A stretch of 48,403 nt of DNA, taken from NCBI GenBank assembly GCA_032718475.1, contig JAUCBJ010001446.1, forward strand, positions 1 to 48,403. Direction: 5' to 3'. This DNA comes from Nemertoderma westbladi. Taxonomy: Eukaryota > Animalia > Xenacoelomorpha. The notes beneath the pieces are model-generated. The model did not search any database, was not told where the DNA came from, and was given only the letters and a program-made list of their open reading frames with translations. Every line of letters starts with the position of its first letter. The stretch's first letter is position 1. The translations under genes were made by a program, and so were the position numbers. Shown in pieces: positions 11,140 to 24,097 of this stretch.

Positions 11140-14100
11140 ATGAAGATTTTTCGTTCTGTAAAACCTTACTTCGTCTGCCCTAGTTCAAACTGTTCGCGAA
11201 AATTCTCCAATTGTAACATGTTACTTCGTCACTTGAACGATTATCAAGGTAGTCATGGAAGTGTTTATATTCAAGATAAGAATATCGTCTCCATTAATGG
11301 AACCGGCACACCAGAACGACCACCACAGCTCTTTGGGACAAGTATTGCAGTTAAAAACGAGCCTCATGTAACCTCTAGCAACAGTAATGAAACACAACAG
11401 GGTAGGCCTACCGGTATAGGTGGGAGTCCAACTCTTGAAAATATAAATCGGCATCGTCATCGAAACAAGGTTTGCTCATTTTGCCAAGTTGAAATCTACA
11501 ACAACCCTGGAATATTATTCCACCATTTCAAGGCTGAACATATAAAAGATTGGCGTTGTTTATTGTGTAAATTGACTATGAGCGACGCATCTCAACTCTC
11601 GAGTCATATAACTCATCATGTCAACATTATATTTAATACTTGCGAAGTTTGTGAGATATCCTTTGATTGTCCTACAAGACTGGCTGATCACATAGAGATC
11701 ATGCATGAAGGTAATTGTGATGTGGATACAAGCGAAGACGATATTAATTTATTAACACCTTTAACGGATCGTGGTCTGGAAATATGGAAGAACTTGCTTC
11801 CTGCAGCCCCTAATGTCAATGTAAACGTACCCGTGGTTGATGCAAGTGCTACCACTAGCTCCATTGGTAACAATGTATCTGACAACTCAGTGGATTTGGA
11901 ATCGGAAACTTCTGATACAACAGTTAAGTTTAAATGCGATGCGTGTGAAACTATTTTTATGGATTTCACAACATTAGTGAACCATAAGATTGAATGCCAA
12001 GGCGATGTTAGTAACAGTCGTTCCAAAGGGGACCTTTATAGAGTAGACGAAGCTCTTCCTAAAGCATCTGGTATTGACAAGCTCTCAGTTGCAGATAAAG
12101 TCAGTCAAAGTGGACAGAAAACTTCTAAATTAACTAAACCTAGTTGTCTCACAATACAGTCTTACGGGTTATTGTGGTGCTATTCATGTAAAAAGAAGCT
12201 GTTGAGTTACAATTGTTTTAAGCCACATTTTGTGAAGCATCACATGACTCAGTCAAAGAATACAGTGTATTGTAAACATTGCAAGTCAACGATTACTTTA
12301 TCATCTCTGTCTCGTCATTTGTATAATCATTGGCGAAATTTGGCCTATGCATGTCCACTATGTGATTTTGGGCAATACAGCACACAATCTTCTAAGTGTC
12401 TTCAAATGCACTTGAAGAACTTGCATAATGTCCACAGGGTGGTATTCCGTAGGGGGAAACATAAAATGATTAATCCTAAACAATTTATCTCACCTTCGAA
12501 TGAAGGTGGTAGAAATATAACCGTTATAAATTTAGCTGAATCTGATGAGAATTGCTCTGATCAAATCACAATCCCTCCTAAATCACATTCTTCCACATTA
12601 ATACCCGCTGAAACAAGCGACTGTATTCTCTCTCACCATATTGTCAGTGATACGCGATGTAGTATTACTGTCAAAGCTTTCGAGAGAATCTTCTGTGTCG
12701 CTTGCAAAGTTTTTCAAGATAGTATGTCATCTCTTAAGTTGCATTTTGTCAACTCTCATATTAATGCCGATGAACGATTTTGCAAACATTGCAACTCTAG
12801 TTTTATGAGCGAAACTAAATTTAACGATCACATTTGGGCCCATATTTATGAATCAAGATTTGCATGCCCACGGCCAAATTGTGGTTTCGCTACCCAAGCC
12901 CCTCCTGCTTTAAAAGCTCATATGTTAAAACACCACAATGTGAGTCATATAACAGTTATAGAAGATGGAACTATTCGCAACCCAGTAAATAACCAACAGC
13001 CAATAAATAACACAACTATCAGTGCTCATATTCAGCCAAACCCCGTTGTTACACACTTATCAGTTCCTCAGGTGACACGGCGCGACCATGACATGAGCAA
13101 ACAAGGATGCATTAGACGTTATAGCTTGATCTGGTGTATTTCTTGTAAAGAGAAGCAGTTGAACTATTCTTCTTATAGGCAACATTTTCAAAAGCATCAC
13201 ATTACTAAGTCAAAGACTAAAGCATATTGTAAACATTGCAAATCAAATATTTCTTTAAATTACCTACAGCAGCATTTGGATAATCATTTGCGGAATTCGG
13301 CTTTCGCATGCCGAATATGTGATTTTGGTCAATACTGCTGCCAAAAACAAAGTATTCTTCAAAAGCACTTGGAGAAAGTCCACAATGTTCGCGGTGAAAT
13401 ATTGTCGAATAAATCACAACCACGCGCTCTACAGTCTATACGAGTTGCGAAAAGATCTTCCAAATTAGTTAAAGATAAACCTAGTGCAGTGGATGCAGTC
13501 ACTTCTAGTGGAAATCAAACAACAACTAAACTTCCTGTTGTTAACACTGATGCTTCAACTTCAAAAGCCTCCTGCGTTATAAAGTCATTTGAGAAAAATA
13601 TATGTATCGCTTGTAAATCTACTCAATTAAGTAAAACTTCTCTCAAAGCACATTTCTCAAACTGTCACACAAAGCCACAAACTAACTATTGCTCGCATTG
13701 CAAGGTTCACTTCTCAACCCAAATTAAATTTGCTGGCCATATCTGGGGACACATCTATAGCTCGAGATATGCCTGCACAACTTGTGATTACAGCACTTCT
13801 TCTAAGAATGCGATAGCGTCTCACATGTTACGGGTCCATAGTGTTCGTAATGTCTCTGTGCTTGAAACTGGTGGTCGAATTGTTTCATCAACACCGAAGA
13901 TGTTGACTCTTGATAATATACCATCTGACGATATTTCCAAATATATTGCCACTTCGGTGGGAAATGGAGTGGGTAATGCCATAGTATCTGATACCAGCAC
14001 TATCGGCATTAACCATGAGACTAGGGGATTACAGTTAGCTCCTAAGCATACGGATGAGGCTGTGTGTATCACGAATCAATCGTGGCCGAAATGGCATTAA
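11140..14100 (+). CDS. Multi-C2H2 zinc-finger protein, 986 aa, single ORF
   Basis: About 17 C2H2/C2HC motifs: an N-terminal cluster plus four 3-finger modules arranged ABAB; no TGEKP linkers. Confidence 0.9.
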   Translation: MKIFRSVKPYFVCPSSNCSRKFSNCNMLLRHLNDYQGSHGSVYIQDKNIVSINGTGTPERPPQLFGTSIAVKNEPHVTSSNSNETQQGRPTGIGGSPTLENINRHRHRNKVCSFCQVEIYNNPGILFHHFKAEHIKDWRCLLCKLTMSDASQLSSHITHHVNIIFNTCEVCEISFDCPTRLADHIEIMHEGNCDVDTSEDDINLLTPLTDRGLEIWKNLLPAAPNVNVNVPVVDASATTSSIGNNVSDNSVDLESETSDTTVKFKCDACETIFMDFTTLVNHKIECQGDVSNSRSKGDLYRVDEALPKASGIDKLSVADKVSQSGQKTSKLTKPSCLTIQSYGLLWCYSCKKKLLSYNCFKPHFVKHHMTQSKNTVYCKHCKSTITLSSLSRHLYNHWRNLAYACPLCDFGQYSTQSSKCLQMHLKNLHNVHRVVFRRGKHKMINPKQFISPSNEGGRNITVINLAESDENCSDQITIPPKSHSSTLIPAETSDCILSHHIVSDTRCSITVKAFERIFCVACKVFQDSMSSLKLHFVNSHINADERFCKHCNSSFMSETKFNDHIWAHIYESRFACPRPNCGFATQAPPALKAHMLKHHNVSHITVIEDGTIRNPVNNQQPINNTTISAHIQPNPVVTHLSVPQVTRRDHDMSKQGCIRRYSLIWCISCKEKQLNYSSYRQHFQKHHITKSKTKAYCKHCKSNISLNYLQQHLDNHLRNSAFACRICDFGQYCCQKQSILQKHLEKVHNVRGEILSNKSQPRALQSIRVAKRSSKLVKDKPSAVDAVTSSGNQTTTKLPVVNTDASTSKASCVIKSFEKNICIACKSTQLSKTSLKAHFSNCHTKPQTNYCSHCKVHFSTQIKFAGHIWGHIYSSRYACTTCDYSTSSKNAIASHMLRVHSVRNVSVLETGGRIVSSTPKMLTLDNIPSDDISKYIATSVGNGVGNAIVSDTSTIGINHETRGLQLAPKHTDEAVCITNQSWPKWH

Positions 14101-14141
14101 GATATTATTGTTTAAAACATTAGGTTTAATTAATAGAGACT

Positions 14142-14172
<31 letters not shown>

Positions 14173-14352
14173 GGACCCAAATCCCATCTTGGCGAATTAA
14201 TATCCCACCTCAATGTTAAATTCTCAATTTAGGGAAAGGAACAGGTTACACTAGTGACACGTTATTTTAACCAAAACAATAAACTGAAACTCAATAGAAC
14301 AGCGTTACAGTTTCCAATTTCCCCTGGAGAGCGATGAATTTTTATTGCTTCC

Positions 14353-14383
<31 letters not shown>

Positions 14384-15679
14384 GCCTATATGAATTAATA
14401 ATATGATGTATTAACTTTGAAGAACAAAAATGGATGGATATCAGTCCTTCAGGCTCATTCAATCTCGGTACTCCAATCGAGAAATTGTTTATTAATAACA
14501 GGTAGCGTATTTGAAGGTGTGACAGTGGCTAGTACCCAGAATATGTACACACCCCTCCCTAGTTTCCGGCCTTCTGATAAGAATCACTGTTATCAAAACC
14601 GATGTTACTATCTGTTTCTATCTATCTGTGTTACTATCTCTATGTATTTAGATCGAAATTATGTGTTATTTTAACTCAATAATTACTTTTTGGTATTAAT
14701 CTTAGACCCCTCATCTTTAGTTTGGTTAATTATTTAACGTTTTATATATAAATATTACAATTTATATTTTAGCTTGTGTTATTTTACTCGGTGATTGAAC
14801 TATGTTGTTAGTAGATTTATGTCAACGTTTTGGTTAAATTAACTTAGTAAAGGACTGTTTAGTTTGATAACTTTGATTTGCTTACAATTACTAAAATTAA
14901 AGTTGCCATTGGTGATTTAATACGAGTTAAACTCATTTAATGTGATTTTATTATTTTTTTGAGTCAAATTATTTTATTAAGCAGTGCTCTTTATATCACG
15001 TTGTTTCCTAATTTTAATTATATTGTATGTGAATCACTAGTGAATAAATTAGTTCAAAGCACATCATATAATTGAAATATAATTGGTCAGAGACCGGTTG
15101 CATAAACATAGAGCAATCAAATAGATAAGCTAATAACGTATAAGTGAGCAACCAGTATATAATATATGCTTCCCATATAACTTATTAACTTCAACTCATA
15201 TAAGTGTCCATTAATTAAACTTTTTATTTATATATGAAAAAAAACCTAAATATATATATATTCCTACACTCTTAATTTATAAGTTGTGTTGCTTTGCTAT
15301 GGATAAGTTTGGTGAAATTGTGTGAGATATCCGGATATCCGATCGGATATTAAACCGTACTGAACGAGATAAAACTCGCTCTTTAGTTGTTTGTTATCTT
15401 CCTAATTATTTATATCACAAGTCTGGAGTTGTTTATTATTATTTTTAAGGAATATAAATATTTTTAGTTATTACAATAATGAAACATTTTTGCAGTAATT
15501 AATTTTTTACTAAAAAGATAACCTAAAAAATGGAATAATGTCATATTTAGTCTTCCATCTCTTTATATATTTTAAATAATAACACTGAATATCCGGATGG
15601 ATATAGGAATATCCGATGCAACATAGTCTCATATATCCTCCTAACTAATGCTGCATGACTTATTTTTTGCATTTATATC

Positions 15680-16435
15680 CTGAGGTTGATAAAAGTCATG
15701 ATATTTTTTAAAAAAATCAAAAGAATCAGATTTTTTTATTTAAATCAGATTTTTTTTATTTAAATCAGATTTTTTTTATTTAAATCGGGTGACTACAAAG
15801 CAAAGACCCAAATAACAAAGACCTGTACGAAACACATGTGTTAACTTTCGTTTATTGTTTTGGTTCCCCCAACACGCCTCTGTAACCTGCTCCTTTACTT
15901 TACTAACCTGCTCCTGTAAATGGCAATGGGACCTCACGCCCTTTATGACTTAACGCGACTTTACATCTTTGTTTTGTTCAGGTCCCAAAGAGCGTTAAGT
16001 TACATTGACATTTAAAGGAACAAGTTCGTAAAGGAGCATGTTACAGAGCAGAGGCTTGTTGGGGGAACCAAAACAATAAACGAAAGTTAACATATGTTTC
16101 AAGATCATGCAGGTCTTTATTATTTGGGTCTTTGGTCTTTGTTTTGTAGTCACCCATTTAAATCACTTATTTCATTTAAATCAGTTTTTTTTATTTAAAT
16201 CAGTTTTTTTTATTTAAATCAGATTTTATATGAAAACATTGTGAAGACTTCTGGCTTCATCAATGCACTCTTGTTTAAACGGGATCCTGATCCTTATACC
16301 GAAAAACCGGAATCCCAGCGAAATATCCAATCCCGATTCCGACTTTTTTGGAACTTGATAAAATTCATGATTTTAAAAAAATCAAAAAAATCTGATTTTT
16401 TTATATTTATATGTGATTTAAATCAAACAACCCTG
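15680..16435. mobile_element. hAT-like MITE with ATTTAAATCAGATTTTTTT repeats
   Basis: Right end CAACCCTG, degenerate left end CTGAGGTTG, and tandem ~20-bp units on both sides of a nested insertion. Confidence 0.5.
15787..16155. mobile_element. Foldback MITE with long (~90-bp) TIRs and 9-bp TSD (Mutator-like)
   Basis: GGGTGACTACAAA...GTTAACTTTCGTTTATTGTTTTGGTTCCCCC and its inverse ending TTTGTAGTCACCC; ATTTAAATC on both sides (the TSD coincides with the host repeat unit). Confidence 0.7.
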
Positions 16436-17993
16436 ATTTATATTTAAATTAAACTTATAATATTTATATTTGTTGTGGAGTGGTGCAACTGACTAAGTTA
16501 AATGTACTTAGCTTAAAGTTAACTTTTCTTAGAGCGACTCTATTGTCTGCAACCGGGCCTGTTAATTCATAAACAAACATATTATGCATCTCTAAATATA
16601 TAAAAGGCTCTACTGCCTTCGCCCTTAGTATCGATTCCTAACTTCAGTAGTATTCATGATCACGGCTATATGCTGTACTTATATTTATTTACTAGAGTGG
16701 CGCTAAAAGTGTCAACGTAAATGTGCAAGCTGGGAATTCCATTACAGTTTATTAAAAGGCTATTTTGCTACAAATAGGTCTACTCCAAACTTGTTTTAAC
16801 TTAGTTTTATTTTCTTCCAGTCATGTATTCCGTGCAGTGTAATGTAATTGCTTGAAATTCACTAAGATAATATGAGCAGAAAGAAACGTCATGTTGCTTT
16901 TAAATCTTTTAAATTTATTTTATTTCTGCAATCACGTTATGGCATTCGCATTAACGCCATACTAAGTATTTTGATAGAGAATTATAGTTTACTATATTAT
17001 ATTGTTGTATGATTTGCAGTATCCTTTTCCGATTTACTATAGTCACCACACCACCATGTGTCGGTCGCGTTGTATTTTATATCTTTAATTTCTCTGTGTA
17101 AAATGTGTAAAAATAAATATAGGCCTATATTATTTATAATTAATGTGGTTGGTGATTGTTTCTTGTCTATTGTACCTACGGACACCATTATATCGTTGAA
17201 TATTTATTTACTTTCACTTTTATTGATTTATCATTGAGGAGAAATGCGGTGAGGTGGGTGGTATATTATTGGCCTCGATTATAATATAATGACTTGGACT
17301 TCTAATAATATATATTTACACCCAAACAATCCAATTTAAATAATGGGTGTAAACAGATGGTAAGGTCGAAGTATCCACTCCGTAAAGCTGCCTTGTCCAC
17401 TCAAGCTTCACCTTTGTGAGACACGTGTGTCAAAGCAAAGCAGGGAAAAGGAAATTCACAGAGCATGAATATATCGACGTAATAAATGGCCGGCTTTTCG
17501 CTTTATTCATTTTAGTTATGTAGGCCTAGAAGAGCTAAAACTAACTGAGTAGGGGAATTTTAGCGCCATTTTCATGTCGCTAAAATTATGCTAACAATAG
17601 AAGAGATAGCGGGGTTTTAGCGACTAAGTGGTGGATGATATACTGTATTCCTCCACAAGGTACCCCAGGAAACAAATGACATTCCTTGAAGAAATTGAAT
17701 GTTAGTATGGTGGTAATTTTTCCCCCACGAATTGACGACATTACCAGTGTCTATCATGAAAGGTAAGGATTCGAGCCCTCGTTAATTTTGCATATTATTA
17801 AGACATTAATCGTAAACAAACCGATGTTGAAAATTGAAAAACCGATATGTATACTTGTGGGATTATTTCACTGTTAAGTAGATATCTACAGTACCACATA
17901 AAAAATCTTTCTAAATCCGACGTTTTTTGCCTTGATTTGTAGTAGTTGTACTATGCCTATTTCCTATAATAGTTATAATTTCACTGGAGTTTC

Positions 17994-18066
17994 CATTGGC
18001 GCAGTGGTCAGATAGGGTAAGGCGTTGGTTACATTCTAGGTAGGTCAGGGGTTGGAATCTGGATCG
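17994..18066 (+). mobile_element. tRNA-derived SINE-like head (degenerate)
   Basis: A-box-like TGGCGCAGTGG and B-box-like GGTTGGAATCT; no intact cloverleaf. Confidence 0.35.
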
Positions 18067-18772
18067 GAAAATTTGTATTTTGGGCTATTAAATTTTCGGT
18101 TTCATTAAACTAGATAAACCAATGGGGTGCGTACAACACCTGGAACGATGGGTTGGGCCAATCATAGGGCACTTAATAATTTATTGCTCCAATGTGCGGC
18201 CATAGAATGTTGTCGAATGTTCTAGTTGATTCCTTGCCTAGGATTTGCTATATAAGGGGCAGTTTGTCCTTCGGTTATCACTAATAATTAGTTATTATCA
18301 CGCGCTTAGTTTTCACTTATCTCTCTTACTTTAGTTTAGTTCCCTTTGTTATTTTGTAAAGTCAAAGTTTGATAAGTCTTTGTAATTACGTTAAATATAC
18401 TGCAAACTCTCAGCCATGTAGTTTTAACGTATCTATCTTGGGACAGCCAAACGCTTCGGAGAATGGCTGCCTAGACCGTTAGGCTTCAGCAACGCAAGGG
18501 AAAGATGTCCACGACGCATTAGAAAGCCCACATTATTTTCGCCCATCCATTTGAGAGTATGTCTCATTGCCAGAAAGCGCCCACATCAGAGGAAGGTAAG
18601 ACTTTGTTTGACGCCCTTGCCCGCCGTAAGACCTTAGATCAGGGTAAAGCGTGACGCCGTCCTGGGACGCCGTAAAAATTTAGGATTAAATATCTCAGAT
18701 TCAGACAGGAAAAAACCGGGTCAACCTGTATCTCCTACAGGTGCGAGCTGTTGCTGTTCGTCAGTACGCGCA

Positions 18773-20650
18773 TCAGTAGGCTGCATCTAGGTCCCTGAAC
18801 AGGCAGTACTCTGTTAATCTACAGGAGCTAATAAACCAACAGGTTGATGCCATCAATGATGCTGATGACAGCAGGCAATCATCCCAGGCATGGAAATCGA
18901 TCAATCTGCTTACTGGGCGGAAAAGCCAACCAACCACCAAGGTTAAGGCTGAATCACCAGCCGATCGCCTCAATGGTTGGAAAGCCCACTTTGAAAAGCT
19001 CCTCAATAATGACAGGGTATTGCCTGATAACTTTATAGAAGTAAAGGTGTCTGAGTCTGTACTCCCAGATATTCCCATTGGCGATATCTCCTTTGCAGAA
19101 GTGAAGGCTGCTGCAAAGAGCATTAAGACCAATCGTGCCAGTGGAGTAGATGGTGTTCCCCCTGAGGTCTTTAAAATACCTGAGTGTTTAAAGCTCATCT
19201 ATCCCATCATAGTAGACATGTACCGTACAACAAGAGTCCCACAAGAAATGAAAACAAATAAGTTGGTGCCAGTTCCCAAGAAGGGCAACCTAACACTCTA
19301 TGGTTCTTTTCGGGGAATCTCATTGATCTCGATTGCTGCAAAGCTATACAATAGGATTCTATTAAATCGCATCAGGGATCCCATTGAGAGACTGCTCCGT
19401 GGAAATCAGAATGGGTTCCGTAAAGGTCGTGGGACCATGGAGCCCATTTTGGCACTTAGAAGGATAATTGAAGAATTATCAAAAAAGAAAGACAGGCATC
19501 TGGCTGTTATCTTTGTTGACTTCTTCAAGGCCTTTGATTCAGTCTCTCGCTCACGTATGTTCAGCATAGTTTCATTATATGGGATTCCTGGTGAAATTAT
19601 TGCAGCAATCAGATCAGTATACGATGGTTCGACAACATTTGTGTCTACTGTTGACGGTGACACAGAACCATTTGAAGTGTTATGGGGCGTCCTCCAAGGA
19701 GACACACTTGCACCATTCTTGTTCATTATTGTGGTTGACTATATCCTACGCATGTCCTTAGATCATTATAATGATGATGGGGTGATGATAACTCCACCTA
19801 CTGGCTCCAGAAGTCGAGGAAATCCTGCCAAGTACCTAACTGATCTAGACTTTGCTGATGACTTAGGAGTACTCTCAGAATCATTAGAGGGAGCCCAACG
19901 GCTCCTCAGCTCATTAGAACATGCTGCTTCTAGTGTTGGTCTTTTTATTAACTCCAGAAAGTCCAAAATTCTGACAGTTAACTTTGAAAGTCCTCAGCAA
20001 GTCTCTGATCGGATGGTATGCTTGAGCATGTGGACACGACTTCTGTTACCTGGGATCATGGATCCGGAAGTCAGGTGAGGACCTTCTAATACGTAAGGGA
20101 AAGGCATGGGCAGCCTTGAATAGGCTTTCCAGGATTTGGAAGTCACCGAGAATTAATCGGAAACTTAAGGTCCGATTATTTAGAGCAGCAGTAGTTCCAG
20201 TACTCCTCTACGGGAGTCCATGCTGGGCTCTAACTGCTGAGGACACCAAATCTCTGGATGGCACATTCACAAGAATGCTACGCCGGGTTCATTGTGTCAA
20301 GTACAATGCACACATCTCCAACCAGACACTATATAACATTGGAGGTGTCTCATTGGTTCCCCCAAGCTTGACACTAGAACAAAATCGCCTCCGCTTTGCA
20401 GGACATTGCTTTCGCCGTGAGGACCAGCCAGTGCATAATCTTGTACTTTGGCAGCCTCATGGAGTGAATAAGCATGGTGGACAGCCCCCCATGACTTTCT
20501 TGAGACGCATCTTAAAGGACACTGGCCTTAAAGATCCGGATGATCTAGCAAATGTCATGGGTGATAGGGAGTTGTGGTGGTGCAATTTTGTTGACAAGCC
20601 GGCACAGCATTCTTAAAAATGCAGCTGCAATGCAGCATGCCGATCCTAGT
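18773..20650 (+). mobile_element. 5'-truncated RTE-clade LINE with 10-bp TSD AGTACGCGCA and (TAG)n tail
   Basis: AGTACGCGCA at 18763-18772 and 20651-20660; RT coding region inside; endonuclease domain absent. Confidence 0.88.
18780..20616 (+). pseudogene. Non-LTR reverse transcriptase (RTE-like), frameshifted near 20000-20040
   Basis: Motifs QNGFRKGR, FVDFFKAFDSV, GVLQGDTLAPFLF and DFADD; after the shift DFCYLGSWI...KAWAALNRLSRIWKS...VLLYG continues into ORF 20116-20616. Confidence 0.9.
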
Positions 20651-21993
20651 AGTACGCGCAAGTACACATAGGTGCGAATAGCACGCTCTATAATTTGGTG
20701 ATTTGCAGTACTGACAGTATAGTACCGGTTAGCTTTTTAGGCCTTATAGATTGACTGACCTGTCTGATTCCAAAATATTTGATCAGGCAAGAGACATTTT
20801 TCTGCTACCGGCACATGTGTGGCCTTGGGAGGTTTACTAACATCCTACCGCGCCCTTGCCACGTACTGATAGGTATTTACAGCTAACCACCGCAGTAACA
20901 ACGTTCTAGAATAAATTTGTATACCAGATCAGCTAACATACGGTAGTAAATTAAAACCCATTCTCTTATCTCACAATCAGAATCTGGTATTAGTGCCGAT
21001 CACGGGTGTAGTTACTAACACCGTAATTGCCCGGTTGAGTTTTTAATGAAAGAGGAGAGAGCCCTTTTGACGTCAGTTTGTAAGTATTGCGCCTACAGCG
21101 TGCGACTAGCTTATTCAAGTAGCTAGCGCCCGGTATTGTTATTTTGATTAAATCACTAAAACCTAGTATAACGCATAAAGGCGATACACCAAAATTGTTT
21201 TATTCGTAACACACACACACACACACGCGTCTTGAGATCCACTAGCTACCAACTATCAGTAGGAAGTATTGTATTATTTGAGGAGTTATTTAGTATTTGT
21301 TTTATTCAGGCATAGAGGCACCCTTTTGACTGCGATTTTCCTGTCGGCAGTATTGTTACGCTAGTTTGTTGACCCACTAGCTCGTTATACATAAATCACA
21401 CCGCGGCAAGTTTACAGTATTTAGGTCCATTAGTGATAGTTAGGATTCGCTGCGCGGGGATTGTTTTCCCGTGAGTTTGGTCTGTATCTGTAGACTGTAG
21501 GCCTACATCTGCCTCACCGGTTAGACGCCGGGTATCCTGTTTGTCTAGTTAGCCCCGGGCATTTGATTCGCCCACGTATTAGAATAGACATCAGGCTCCG
21601 TCCCCTCTCCAGTAGTAGTTTGTGTACTTAGTATCTGTTTATTTAGTTAGACACCCTGGACTGGGATTTCTTGTCAGATACTGTACGAGCCCGTATACAC
21701 TGCTGGTACACAGTAAGGTACTTCGTTACTAGGATCCGGTAGGCGGTATACTACTGCACTTATCAGTAGGAGATACTATATAAATTAGTTTAGTATCGTT
21801 TAGATCTGTACGCCCTGATAAGTGCGTGCGCACTTATCAATACTGTATTATAACAATGGAGTTTAGGTGAGGACGAAACAAAGATATTGAATGGGAGAAT
21901 CTTTTAGGCTCGTTAAGCCAAGGAATGCTGTTCACCACCATGGGTGATCTTCCATAGTAAACCCTTCAACTCTGTTTCCCCAAGTTGCCTTGG

Positions 21994-22040
21994 TTCCCAT
22001 TTATCGACCACTGAAGGATGAAAGCCGGGGTTGGGCTAGG
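21994..22040 (-). repeat. Fragment resembling a conserved SINE core (GGCTTTCATCCTTCAGTGGTCGATAAATGGG)
   Basis: Resembles, from memory, the CAGCCTTYCATCCTTCCGRGGTCG core of widespread animal SINEs; not verified. Confidence 0.3.
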
Positions 22041-22092
22041 CTGAAACGAAGATATTATATAATGTGATGTAGGTAGGCCGTAATACTGTATT

Positions 22093-22176
22093 ATACGCCC
22101 TCATAATAGTGTAACTGAATAAGTAATAAATTGATACGCCCTCATAATAGTGTAACTGAATAAGTAATAAATTGAT
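22093..22176. repeat. ~41-bp direct tandem duplication
   Basis: ATACGCCCTCATAATAGTGTAACTGAATAAGTAATAAATTG twice. Confidence 0.9.
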
Positions 22177-22944
22177 ATATTTTAATTAGAAACTCGGTAC
22201 GTCTTCTTACACGGGCTTGCACGGTCTTTTAGTTAATGTTTATTAAGTCCAAGTAACAAAATAGTAGGGCAGACATCCTGTAATACTAAACTAATTATTC
22301 TATCAACCCATTAAATTATTATCGGCCTACCCATTAATTAGCAGGTAGGCCCCTACAGTATATTACAGTAATTCAACTATATACCCATTAGTACTGTAGG
22401 ATGAGAGAGGGAGACTTGACTTTAGGGGAGACTTGATTTTTTTTAATAACTCAAAAACTATTGTAAATTATTTGACAATACCACACAAAAATGTGTAAAA
22501 TACATGTTGGCTACACCCGCGCAACAATGTTTTACCTTTTGGTTATTTTTTGTTTTATTGTCAATAAACGTTTTCTGGGTTCAACGGTAAATTTTTGCCC
22601 TTTACAACGAATGGAAACTCGCATCCTTATTTTACTGTATGTTAATTGTAATTCACAACATGTGTTGACTAATTATTGCACTATCCTGCCATATATTGTT
22701 TTCCAGTTTTGGTTCAGCCGTTTTGAAATTATATCAATTAATACAAAAAAAAGCCCATGTGGGGAGACATGACGCCCGAGTGTGAGGGAGACTTGAAGCC
22801 TTCAATGCTGACGTCTACCTAGAGATACACCCACGTAGATAACCATTACACCAGAGCACTCCAACTAGTTGATTGGCACTTACACAGACCAAGCTATGAA
22901 TGGAATGTGAATACAATGGAGTGTAGCCAGAGAGAGAGAGAGAG

Positions 22945-24097
22945 GGTGTTCGGACACTTCCCCCCCCCGGACACTTCCCCCCCGGACAGTTCCCCCCGCT
23001 CAAGTAGGACACTTCCCCCCCGGACACTTCCCCCCCAGACACTTCCCCCCCGCGGACACTTCCCCCCCGACTGACTCTTCTTAACTTCGCACATTCGTAT
23101 TTTTCATTTTGTAAGGTAAACGACCGCTTGTATCCAGACACGTTGTATCCAATTTTCCTTTCTTAGCTCAGAAAGTGATCTTTTGCATCCCGAATTTACA
23201 TTTTATATCCAAGTTTTATTTATGGGTTTTATCAATGCAATTACATCGTATTGTTTGCTAATCTTTAAACAATTAATTATATTAGATGACCTATAAATTC
23301 CATCCCCGGAATGATATACTGTTTTTATTAACTATAGAATTATAATAATTAATTGTTTTAATTATAGGTATTATTATGTAATAGGCTTCTTCAAATTGTA
23401 GCAGATGGGGATGAATATTATTGTTGCAATCAAAATTATACCTCTCCAGGGTAAAATCGACATGCGTCGACCTGTATTCTGTGTTCAGCATTACATATTG
23501 ATATACATATTACTACTATACATACTATATAGATATTATACACACTACATATTAAATTTCCTGGTTACTTGCAATATTTTTAATAGGATTTTGTTGAATT
23601 ATATAATATTGTAGTAATTTATATATTAAATTGGTTAACATTCAATACAGCTCCTACTTTAGGCTTAGTCAATTTATTAGCTGATGATACAAACATGAAT
23701 TAAATATTTCAAAGTGGTCTTAAGTCTTTCACCACGGACACTCAGGGAAATGCCGGGGTCTGGGGGCGATAACCCCCAAGAAAAGAAGCGGGGGTTTGGG
23801 GGCGGCAGCCCCCAATTAAAAGAAATTAAAAGAATTAAAGGAATTAAAAGAAAAACAAACAAAACGTTTCTTTTATAATTTTGAAAAAACTTGTCTAGAT
23901 ACAACTTGTCCTGTAACCATCTTTAACTTTTGTTTATTGCTTTGATACACCCAGATTAATTTTAACACTTTAACTGGGGGGGAAGTGTCCGGGGGGCAAG
24001 TGTCCGGGGGGGAAGTGTCCGGGGGGGGAAGTGTCCTACTTGGGCGGGGGAGAAGTGTCCGGGGGGGAAGTGTCCGGGGGGGAAGTGTCCTAGATCC
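22945..24097. mobile_element. MITE with inverted arrays of GGACACTTCCCCCCC
   Basis: C-rich repeat array 22945-23070 and the inverse G-rich array 23976-24097; no TSD visible. Confidence 0.75.

Larger units (their letters stand above)
15091..16559. mobile_element. Possible outer MITE (Harbinger-like ends) containing nested insertions
   Basis: ACCGGTTGCA..A..A(A)TAGAG at the left end vs CTCTATTGTCTGCAACCGG at the right end; imperfect. Confidence 0.35.
18208..21855. mobile_element. Possible solo LTR (TGTT...AACA) interrupted by the LINE
   Basis: TGTTGT start, ATAACA end, TATATAAG at ~18249, flanks ATAGAA/ATGGAG (degenerate 6-bp TSD?). No second copy in the window to confirm. Confidence 0.3.
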
